Assembly (NCBI GenBank): GCA_037441705.1
Contig: JBBIRR010000051.1
Span: 1 to 25,777 of the forward strand
Direction: 5' to 3'
From: Ignavibacteriales bacterium
GTDB lineage: Bacteria > Bacteroidota > Ignavibacteria > UBA10030 > UBA6906
Length of the DNA stretch: 25,777 bases
Below, in pieces: positions 17,275 to 25,072 of the stretch. The notes under the pieces are model-generated. The model was not told where the DNA came from and did not search any database. It saw only the letters and a program-made list of their open reading frames with translations. Each line of letters starts with the position of its first letter. The stretch's first letter is position 1. The translations under genes were made by a program, and so were the position numbers.

Positions 17275-18269
17275 GGCAGCGTAACGCCCAAGGCCGTAAA
17301 CACGTTTTGAATTCGATTGATAATGGTTGAGGTATTACTTCCGGCGAACAGCAGCCCGACAAGCCGGTTCTGATCGTCCAGCACCGCTGAACCGCTATCA
17401 CCTCCCTGACTCATTGCCCCGGCCATGAGTTGATCACTGAACGTCGCCACCTTGTTCGAACCGTAACTGACGCTTGCCGTCACATCAATTTGCTGGATGG
17501 AGCCGGTCGTCAGTCCCGTCGTACGCCCGCTTTTCTTGACGGACATGCCGAGCGTTCCTTCGGCAACGCCGGTGATTGTGCCGATTTCCAGAATCTGGGC
17601 CGTCACATCCGACGGGTTGATCGGCTGAGCAATGGCGCAGTCCACAAGATTTTCCTGCGCTACAGCCGCTGCCTGCAGCCGTGTGCTGCTGCCAACGGCG
17701 GCGGCGAGACCGTTCAGCACGGAAGCAACCGCACTTCCGATGGGGCAGGGGATGGTACCCGTGGTGAAGTTGATGGGAACAAACTCGCTCAAGCGTGCAA
17801 TCGTATCGTTCTGCTGCGTCCCACCGTCGTACGGTCCGGGCTGCAGAATCGGATCGCCGACAGATGCTTCATTGCTGTTGGCAAGTACGTGATTGTTGGA
17901 GAGAATGTAGATCGTGTTGTTCTTCTTGACCAAACATCCCAGCGTGCCGGCGGTGATGAGATAGTGTCCGATGCTGACGCCGCCGGGCGCTGGTCGGTGA
18001 CGCTCCGTGCGGCTCTGCTGTGCAAAGATGACACCCGTCGAATTCACGTCCGTGGGAATGCCTTGCACGCTCTCGGGAATCATCTCGGCTGCCGTCAGAG
18101 ACACCTTCGCCGCTTTCACCTCCACCGAACAGATCAATGCGAGTTGACCGGTTTTCTTGCCTTGCACCGTTTTGTATCCAACGCCGACCGCGACGACGTT
18201 GCGTCGCCGCAGCAGTTCGCGGCGCGCTGAGCGCAGAACGTTTCTGCAATCTTCCAACTGGACCGCCAT
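17271..18269 (-). CDS. Nal1-like trypsin-fold serine protease
   Basis: 'RPAPGGVSIG...GTLG', His 'SNNHVL', Asp 'VDCAIA', 'KSGRTTGLT', Ser 'GDSGS'; SD AAGGAGG; no signal peptide. Confidence 0.88.
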   Translation of the reverse strand: MAVQLEDCRNVLRSARRELLRRRNVVAVGVGYKTVQGKKTGQLALICSVEVKAAKVSLTAAEMIPESVQGIPTDVNSTGVIFAQQSRTERHRPAPGGVSIGHYLITAGTLGCLVKKNNTIYILSNNHVLANSNEASVGDPILQPGPYDGGTQQNDTIARLSEFVPINFTTGTIPCPIGSAVASVLNGLAAAVGSSTRLQAAAVAQENLVDCAIAQPINPSDVTAQILEIGTITGVAEGTLGMSVKKSGRTTGLTTGSIQQIDVTASVSYGSNKVATFSDQLMAGAMSQGGDSGSAVLDDQNRLVGLLFAGSNTSTIINRIQNVFTALGVTLP

Positions 18270-18329
18270 AACCGCCTCCTTGCGTTATGTGTGGGGAATG
18301 TCCGTCAGTGTTGTGTGCGTAGACGGAGG

Positions 18330-18725
18330 TTAACGTACAACGACTGTCTTCTCCAATCCCTTGTGTGCAGATGAACCGAACCTGAGCGTGTAAATGCCCG
18401 GCTGCTTTGGCAGGAGTGTGGACTTCACATTCAGCGTGCCTATGGTCTGGATGCAGGGCCGCCCATCATATCGGGCGTAGATGGTAATCTCGTATGTAAA
18501 GCCGATCGTGTTCACGACGACGCGCTCGAGTTCCCAGCAGGGATTCGCGGTGCTGCAGACTGCTTCGAATCGGATCGGTTCGCCGAGTGTCACGGTATCG
18601 GGCAGCGATGCCGAAACAACAGCAACGGGAGATGTTTGTATGGCGGTCGGTCGTTCCGCACATGAAAGCATTGTGCACACACAGACCAGCGCAGGAATGT
18701 AGGTCAATCGGCTCAGCATCCGCAT
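18330..18725 (-). CDS. Hypothetical lipoprotein, Ig-like beta-sandwich
   Basis: Signal ending TMLS-C; 'LPDTVTLGEPIRF', 'PGIYTLRF'; three further Cys. Start is 18725 or 18719. Confidence 0.7.
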   Translation of the reverse strand: MRMLSRLTYIPALVCVCTMLSCAERPTAIQTSPVAVVSASLPDTVTLGEPIRFEAVCSTANPCWELERVVVNTIGFTYEITIYARYDGRPCIQTIGTLNVKSTLLPKQPGIYTLRFGSSAHKGLEKTVVVR

Positions 18726-18798
18726 CACTCTCGAGGCCGCTGGATAGAAGTTGAGCGGGCGAAAACACCGGACGGTGGTTCCGGAATCGTGCTGCCGC

Positions 18799-18827
18799 AA
18801 TGTACTTCAAAAAAAGAGTTGACGCAA
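18799..18827 (-). promoter_or_regulatory. sigma70-type promoter of the lipoprotein-protease unit
   Basis: TTGCGT, 17 bp, TACATT on the minus strand. Confidence 0.6.
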
Positions 18828-18903
18828 GGCGAATTCTCTCCGGCGCATGCATCGGGAAGAGTTCAGCGTGTCTTCGCTCGTTGAATGCCGTGCGTGCGCC
18901 GTA

Positions 18904-18932
18904 TTGAATGACAGAACCAATTCCCCTATCTT
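18904..18932 (+). promoter_or_regulatory. sigma70-type promoter of the hydrolase-CDF unit
   Basis: TTGAAT, 17 bp, TATCTT; SD AAGGAG before ATG 18979. Confidence 0.6.
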
Positions 18933-18978
18933 AGTCGGGCATCGGTAGAACATAATTCACCAACAAAGGAGAATAGTC

Positions 18979-19547
18979 ATGCGTTGGTTCGTTTTGCTTG
19001 TCGTTCTCGGCATTGCTGCGGCATCGCGTGCAGCCATCAAGGGGGAAGAAGTGCAATACGCCGCCGACGGCGTTACCTTGAAAGGCTATCTTGCCTATGA
19101 TGATGCGGTGAAAGGAAAGCGTCCGGGCATTCTCGTGGTCCATGAATGGTGGGGACACAACGAATACGCTCGTAAACGGGCACGCATGCTCGCCGAACTG
19201 GGCTACACTGCGTTGACCTGAAAGGCGTTGTCAGCTTTCACGGGAGTTTGGGAACCCAACACCCGGCACGGGCCGGAGAGGTGAAGGCGAAGGTGTTGGT
19301 CTGCAACGGCGCCGCGGACCCGTTCGTCTCGAAAGAAGACATCGAGAGCATCAAGAAGGAAATGAAAGAAGCGAAGGTTGATTTCACCTTCAAGAACTAT
19401 CCCGGCGCGAAGCACTCGTTCACCAATCCCGAAGCGGATGCGAACGGGAAGAAGTTCAATCTTCCATTGGCCTATAACAAGAAAGCCGACGAAGCCTCGT
19501 GGAACGACATGAAGGCGTTCTTCAAGAGATGCTTTGCCTCGAGGTAA
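18979..19547 (+). pseudogene. Dienelactone hydrolase family pseudogene (internal deletion plus frameshift)
   Basis: N part: signal peptide, 'VVHEWWG...LAELGYTAL', then TGA. C part in another frame from 19212: 'VDLKGVVSFHGSL...ADPFV...AKHSFTNP'. The central region with the GxCxGG nucleophile is absent. Confidence 0.88.
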
Positions 19548-19561
19548 CGCTCTAGCACTCG

Positions 19562-20950
19562 ATGAACTCCAAGCATTTTCACAACTCCGTTACCGAAAAG
19601 AAGGCCGTCGCCCTCACGTCCGTGGGGGCGGCGCTGTTCCTCACCGCCATCAAACTCGTTGTCGGCTTGCAAACCAACAGCCTCGGGATTCTCTCGGAAG
19701 CCGCACACTCGGCGCTGGACCTGATTGCCGCGCTGTTGACCTACGGTGCCGTGGCCGTGGCGGACAAGCCGCCCGACGAAGAACATCAGTACGGACATGG
19801 AAAAATCGAAAACGTCTCTGCGTTCGCTCAAACCATTCTCCTCGTTTTTACGTGCGCGTGGATTATCTACGAAGCGGTGAGCCGGCTCCTCTCGCATGAA
19901 ACACATATCGAAGCCAACGTGTGGGCCTTTGTTGTGATGGGTACGGCGATCGTTGTGGACCTCGGCCGCTCACGCGCCCTCACGACGATTGCACGCAGGC
20001 ATCACAGCCAGGCGCTGGAGGCGGACGCCCTTCATTTTTCGAGCGACGTATGGACGTCAGCCGTTGTCATCCTCGGATTAGTCTCTGTCTCTCTCGGCTA
20101 TCCGATGGTGGATGCCGTTGCCGCGATTATGGTGGCATTCCTCGTTCTGTTCGTCAGCTATAAGCTCGGGAAGCGAACGGTGGATGCATTGATGGACAGG
20201 GTGCCGCGGGGCTTGTATGAGGAGATCGTACGGGCAATCCGGCAGGTGGAGGGTGTGGAAGAAGTCCGCAGCATTCGCTTGCGCCCTTCGGGCGCGAAGG
20301 TGTTTGTTGATACCACCATCGCCGTCCGACGAACGATTCCCTTCGAGCGCGCTCACGCAATCATGGATAGCGTCGAGCGGGCCATTCACTCGCTTCATCC
20401 TCATATCGATGTCGTAGTGCACGCCGAGCCGTTGACGAGTCCCGACGAAACAGTGGGCGACAAGGTACGGATGATTGTTCTGAAGAAGGGCTTGCGTGCG
20501 CCGCACAACCTTGAAGTTCAGAACGTGGACGGAAAGTATTTTATCGACTTCGACCTCGAATACCAGAAGGGGAAGAGTTTCATCGAAGCGCATGCCCTAG
20601 CACATGAGGTCGAGGAGGCGATCCGGCGTGATGTACGCTCGGTGGACAAGGTTACGATTCACATGGAGGAATACGAGCCGGGTGAAGGACGGTTTGCAGA
20701 CGTGAGCGACGAGGAGCGGAGTCTGTGCGATGAGATTCGGGACGTCCTTCGCTCCGATCCTCGCGTGCTCGATTGCTCCGAGATCACGTTGCTGAAGTTC
20801 GGCCAGGCGTACAATCTGACGGTAAGCTGCCACGTGGATAAGACGAAGACCCTCGACGAGGTCCACTCCATCATTGCCGACGTGGAAAGTCGGCTCTATC
20901 AGCAATTCAAGCAGTTGCGGCGGATTACCATTCACGCTGAGCCGATTTAA
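19562..20950 (+). CDS. Cation diffusion facilitator (FieF-like) with three C-terminal domains
   Basis: TM2 'HSALD', 'HQYGHGKIE', TM5 'HFSSD'; three cytosolic repeats ending VHAEP, IHMEE and IHAEP. Confidence 0.93.
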   Translation: MNSKHFHNSVTEKKAVALTSVGAALFLTAIKLVVGLQTNSLGILSEAAHSALDLIAALLTYGAVAVADKPPDEEHQYGHGKIENVSAFAQTILLVFTCAWIIYEAVSRLLSHETHIEANVWAFVVMGTAIVVDLGRSRALTTIARRHHSQALEADALHFSSDVWTSAVVILGLVSVSLGYPMVDAVAAIMVAFLVLFVSYKLGKRTVDALMDRVPRGLYEEIVRAIRQVEGVEEVRSIRLRPSGAKVFVDTTIAVRRTIPFERAHAIMDSVERAIHSLHPHIDVVVHAEPLTSPDETVGDKVRMIVLKKGLRAPHNLEVQNVDGKYFIDFDLEYQKGKSFIEAHALAHEVEEAIRRDVRSVDKVTIHMEEYEPGEGRFADVSDEERSLCDEIRDVLRSDPRVLDCSEITLLKFGQAYNLTVSCHVDKTKTLDEVHSIIADVESRLYQQFKQLRRITIHAEPI

Positions 20951-21112
20951 GCTTAGCGTCCTGATGCTCGCGGCTGCCTGCAAGAGGCTGTAGCACCACA
21001 TCCCCACCATCTCACCAAAACTCTCCCCGTATTGTTGCCCGCAATCCGCAGCGCTTCAATCATTCGTTCGTCAAATCACCGAAATCCGACCGCGTTGCTG
21101 CACAAGCGATCG

Positions 21113-21127
21113 TGGCATGCCCTTTGG
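21113..21127 (+). promoter_or_regulatory. Candidate sigma54 -24/-12 promoter with variant -12
   Basis: TGGCATG-CCCT-TTGG, 59 nt upstream of ATG 21187; I saw no good sigma70 pair nearby. Confidence 0.5.
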
Positions 21128-21186
21128 CTGTAGAGAAGCCGGCACGCACCTCGAGAACGCTTCAATCAAACACACACGGTGGCTTT

Positions 21187-21858
21187 ATGGGAAACGATAC
21201 GATGTTTCATCAGGCATTGACCCTCGAATACGAAGGTCGGTTTGCCGATGCGTTGGAGTTGTTCGAGCGATGCCTCGACGATCCGACGTTCGATGAAGGA
21301 GACCTCCATTTCCATTGCGCGTGGTGTTTGGAGAATGAGAAGCGTACGCGCGAGGCCCTGCTGCGGTATGCACGCGCGGCGGATCTGACCCGTATTCCTT
21401 CCTGCAAGATCAATTGCTTTTTCCGTTCCGGCTGGATTCTGATGCACGAGAAGGACATGGTTCAGGCGGCAGAAATGTTTCGGAACGCCGTTGACTACGG
21501 CGAGCTTGTTGGGCTGAAGAACGAGACGTACCGCCAGGGGCTGTACTGGTACGCCGTCTGTCTGGAAGCGCAGGGACGCTGCCTGGAGGCGCTCACCTGG
21601 TATCGTCTCGCACAGGCATCATCACCCCAACTTGATCCGGAGAGCCGACGGCGTCAGCTCGCGTGTCTTGTTCACGTGGGACTGTACGACGAGGCGCTTG
21701 ATGTGTGCCGCACATTCGATGCCCCGTGTCCGGAGGAGTTCGATGCGGAGCGCTATGCCGTCCTCCGGACGGAAGTGGAGAACGAACGAGCGATCCTTGA
21801 AGCATGTCTGACACCATCTCCCACTCATCACTCCACCATGGCCTATGCAAGCCGCTGA
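21187..21858 (+). CDS. Cys-rich TPR protein (223 aa)
   Basis: TPR-like repeats 'GRFADALELFERCL', 'QAAEMFRNAV', 'QGRCLEALTWY', 'GLYDEALDVC'; no signal peptide. Confidence 0.78.
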   Translation: MGNDTMFHQALTLEYEGRFADALELFERCLDDPTFDEGDLHFHCAWCLENEKRTREALLRYARAADLTRIPSCKINCFFRSGWILMHEKDMVQAAEMFRNAVDYGELVGLKNETYRQGLYWYAVCLEAQGRCLEALTWYRLAQASSPQLDPESRRRQLACLVHVGLYDEALDVCRTFDAPCPEEFDAERYAVLRTEVENERAILEACLTPSPTHHSTMAYASR

Positions 21859-23695
21859 GCGAACAGAAACGCTTCGGGCATTCCCGCCCGATCCCGTTGA
21901 ACCGCGCGAACTTGAGCATATTGCCTTCATCGGGCAAAGCGAGATTGCGCACGGGATTTTCCGCAGCATCCCCGTCGAACGGCGCGAAGCCTTTGCCAAT
22001 AAGTTTGTGTTGAGTGAAGTGATCGGCGGCGGCATCAGAAAACTGCGGACTTTCCTCGCTGCGTCGGCAGAGGAGGCCGCCAACGACGAAAAGGAATTCA
22101 TCCGCCAGACGGTGGAGCTTTTCATTGCGACGGCGGGCCGAAACGGCCCTACCCCGCGCGAGCTGTTCGAGTCGCTGCTTCTCTGGTCCGATGAGCTGAC
22201 GAACCTCTCGCTGCTGCGCGAAGCGCTGCACTACTACGACACGGCGCTTGCGCTCGGCATCAATAGGTTTCCCGACCTGTACATCCGCTGCATGATGGCG
22301 AAAGCGAAAGTCCTGAATCTTACAGGGAAGTATCGCGAAACGGAATCATTGCTTTCTTCGCTCGCCCAACGTCCGTACATCATCACCGATCGGAATCTTG
22401 TGCCGCAGCTCTTGTTCGATCTCGGTCAGGAATCGCTGCTGCGTGGGAACGCGTCGGCGTACAAATCGCTGCTGTTCCGGAGCCTCCGGCATTTCTACAC
22501 GCGAATGGAAACACGGCGGCAGATCGTTGATCAAATTCGGAAGACCTACCGCCGCGTGTACTCGATGATGATCGATCGAGAAGTCAGCTTCGCGGACAAG
22601 CTTCTCTTCATCCTGCATCGTGCATTCTTTCGTCTGCAGAATCGTCGGCTTGTGCGTGTGTTTGGCGTGGCCCGGCTCATGAAGCTGATCCTGCTGGGAT
22701 ACGTCTATGCACTCAACTACGGTCTGCGAACCTCCACGGCGTTTCCCCGTGAGTTGAACAGAACCCCTCGAGCCGGCCGCGCTTCCGCGGGCGAGAGCAT
22801 TCTCATCACGCGAGCGATGGGCGGCATCGGCGACCTGCTGATGATGACGCCGGGTATTCACGCGTTGAAGAAAAAATATCCCCGTCGGGAGATTCATCTT
22901 GCGATCCCTCAACGATACTTTCCTCTCTTTCAGGGAAACGCGGATGTCTGCCTCATCGACATCGAACAGGAGGAACTTGATCCGACATCCTACAAGAAGT
23001 GGTTCAACCTCACGGATTGTCCTGCTGCTCGGGTGGAAGCGAGGACTGCGCCGAAGGTCAAGCGGACACGCATCGAGTTGTTTGCGCGCAGTATGGGGAT
23101 CGGACCGTGGCGGGCGAAAAGAATGGACAAGCGTCCGCGGTATTTCGTCACCCCTGAGGACAGGGCGTTTCAGCAAAGCTTCTGGCGCGACCATCACCTC
23201 GTTGGCAGGACGGTCATCGGCGTCCAGCTTCATGCCGATGAAGTGTACCGCGATTATCCGCACATGAGGCAGCTTATCGAACATCTTGCGCGTCGGTATC
23301 ACGTGCTCGTGTTCGACACGGAGACAATCGAGGGGCTGGACGGCGAGCGCGTGGTGAAGGTGGAGGGATTCCCGATGCGCAAAGCCTTTTCGCTCGCTGC
23401 CGCGTGCGATGCCATCGTCGCTCCCGATTCCTCGTTCGTGCATCTTGCAGCCGCGCTGGATGTTCCGTGCGTCGCTCTCTACGGTCCGGTGGATGGCGCG
23501 GTTCGAACGAAGAACTATCCGCGATGCGTCTTTCTCGACGTGCGCAAGAGGCTGGGCTGTCTGCCTTGCTGGCGCAACGACAAGATTCCATGCAAGCTCA
23601 CCAACCTGCGCACGAGCGCCTGCCTCGCCGACATCAGCGTGCAGGACATCCTCACGACATTGGACAGAATCCTTCAGAAGGGAAAATGGCTATGA
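21845..23695 (+). CDS. TPR-like helical domain fused to a GT9 (heptosyltransferase-like) glycosyltransferase
   Basis: C-terminal half: 'RAMGGIGDLLMMTP', 'APDSSFVHLAAALDVPCVALYGP', C-terminal Cys cluster. N-terminal half: 'EALHYYDTALALG' helical repeats. Confidence 0.88.
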   Translation: MQAAERTETLRAFPPDPVEPRELEHIAFIGQSEIAHGIFRSIPVERREAFANKFVLSEVIGGGIRKLRTFLAASAEEAANDEKEFIRQTVELFIATAGRNGPTPRELFESLLLWSDELTNLSLLREALHYYDTALALGINRFPDLYIRCMMAKAKVLNLTGKYRETESLLSSLAQRPYIITDRNLVPQLLFDLGQESLLRGNASAYKSLLFRSLRHFYTRMETRRQIVDQIRKTYRRVYSMMIDREVSFADKLLFILHRAFFRLQNRRLVRVFGVARLMKLILLGYVYALNYGLRTSTAFPRELNRTPRAGRASAGESILITRAMGGIGDLLMMTPGIHALKKKYPRREIHLAIPQRYFPLFQGNADVCLIDIEQEELDPTSYKKWFNLTDCPAARVEARTAPKVKRTRIELFARSMGIGPWRAKRMDKRPRYFVTPEDRAFQQSFWRDHHLVGRTVIGVQLHADEVYRDYPHMRQLIEHLARRYHVLVFDTETIEGLDGERVVKVEGFPMRKAFSLAAACDAIVAPDSSFVHLAAALDVPCVALYGPVDGAVRTKNYPRCVFLDVRKRLGCLPCWRNDKIPCKLTNLRTSACLADISVQDILTTLDRILQKGKWL

Positions 23696-25068
23696 ACGTT
23701 CACAGCAAGCTCTGCGATGCCGCCGACTGGTTCCATCCGGAGATTCAGCAGATCATCCAGCACGAATTGCGCGAAGTGCCGCGCTTTCATCGCAAGCAAT
23801 GGGAATTTGCTATGATCTTCCACGCGCTGCAGCGGCTCGGAAAGCTTCGTGAAGACACCCTCGGGCTTTCGATGGGCGGCGGCAGAGAACTCGTCGCGTA
23901 CGCTCTTGCCCAACATGTGCGGCAGCTGATCATTACAGATCTGTATGAGACGAACACGACATGGGACTGCGCCCGCACGGAAGATCCCGACGAGTTCATT
24001 CGGCGCAACAAGCCGTTTCCGGTCGACGATGCAAAACTGAAAGCTCTGCGGATGGATATGCGCAAGCTTCATTTTCCGGACGGAACGTTCGACTTCTGCT
24101 ATTCGACCTGTGCTGTCGAACATATCGGCGGGCGGGAAGATTTCGTGCAACATTTCAACGAAGTGGCGCGCGTGCTGAAGGATGACGGCGTGTATGTGTT
24201 CACGACGGAGGTTCTCTTTGAGGAAGAGACGATTCGTGATGACCACAACTATGTCTTCTCGCTTCCGTTCCTGTATGACATTTTTCTGGAATGCGACCTG
24301 GTGCCGGAGGAACGCTTCGACGCGACCATCGCCCCTCACAAGACAAACTACCCGCAACCTTCAACTTTGAAGCAGCTGACGAATTTCATTCCCGATAATC
24401 TTGCCCAGGCACTTCTGCAGGAGGCGCCGCACATTCAGCTCTTGCGCGGCAAGCATCCCTTCACGTGTGCCCTCTTCATCATGAGGAAGAGAAAGGGAAA
24501 ACACACGCATCAGAACGTAACGATAGAGGGTTTACAGGAAACGCGGCAGTTCACACAGCGAGGGGTACGGGAGTATGAGGCGATGCTCGCGAAAAGCCGC
24601 GTTTCCATCCATCCCTTCTCGCTGCTGCCGGGCAGTCGATCGAGATTCTTTGTTGATCATGCGGCATTTTTCGCGGAGAGCCGGCAGGAAGCGGATCGGG
24701 AGACGGCTTTCCATACCGACTACTTCTGGTTCGGGAAGGGCAAGCGCGTGTTCGATGTCGCCTTGCGCGTGGATAGCTCCGAGCGGACAGGAAAACCCGT
24801 CGTCGAACTCCGTGTGCATCGGTACAAGACACTCGACTCCCACACGGTGGAGTGCATTGCTGCCGTGAGCCATGCCGTTCCGAGCGTTGGTTGGATGATG
24901 CGTCGGCTGGAGGTAGAAACACACGACGATTACTGTTATGCCGTGCTGGCGAAGGTGCGCAACGGGACGTGTGTGTTCGACCGGATCGAAATCAAAAGTG
25001 CCCTGTCGCGCGTCGTGGCAGAAGGAAGCGACACAGGCAAACAGAACAACCACATACTCGCAGCATAA
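23692..25068 (+). CDS. Class I SAM-dependent methyltransferase with C-terminal beta-rich domain
   Basis: ATGA-coupled at 23692; 'FHRKQWEF', 'GLSMGGGRE', 'MDMRKL.FPDGTFDFCYS.CAVEH', 'RVLKDDG'. Confidence 0.85.
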   Translation: MNVHSKLCDAADWFHPEIQQIIQHELREVPRFHRKQWEFAMIFHALQRLGKLREDTLGLSMGGGRELVAYALAQHVRQLIITDLYETNTTWDCARTEDPDEFIRRNKPFPVDDAKLKALRMDMRKLHFPDGTFDFCYSTCAVEHIGGREDFVQHFNEVARVLKDDGVYVFTTEVLFEEETIRDDHNYVFSLPFLYDIFLECDLVPEERFDATIAPHKTNYPQPSTLKQLTNFIPDNLAQALLQEAPHIQLLRGKHPFTCALFIMRKRKGKHTHQNVTIEGLQETRQFTQRGVREYEAMLAKSRVSIHPFSLLPGSRSRFFVDHAAFFAESRQEADRETAFHTDYFWFGKGKRVFDVALRVDSSERTGKPVVELRVHRYKTLDSHTVECIAAVSHAVPSVGWMMRRLEVETHDDYCYAVLAKVRNGTCVFDRIEIKSALSRVVAEGSDTGKQNNHILAA

Positions 25069-25072
25069 AATC

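Noticed and set aside
19210-19221. Programmed -1 frameshift or UGA/selenocysteine readthrough in the hydrolase
   Set aside because: There is no slippery heptamer, and recoding could not restore the missing catalytic segment.
22346-23443. 365-aa minus-strand ORF
   Set aside because: Antisense to the GT9 gene with no motifs.
23404-23691. 96-aa N-terminal extension of the methyltransferase
   Set aside because: It lies inside the GT9 gene; the ATGA-coupled start at 23692 is preferred.
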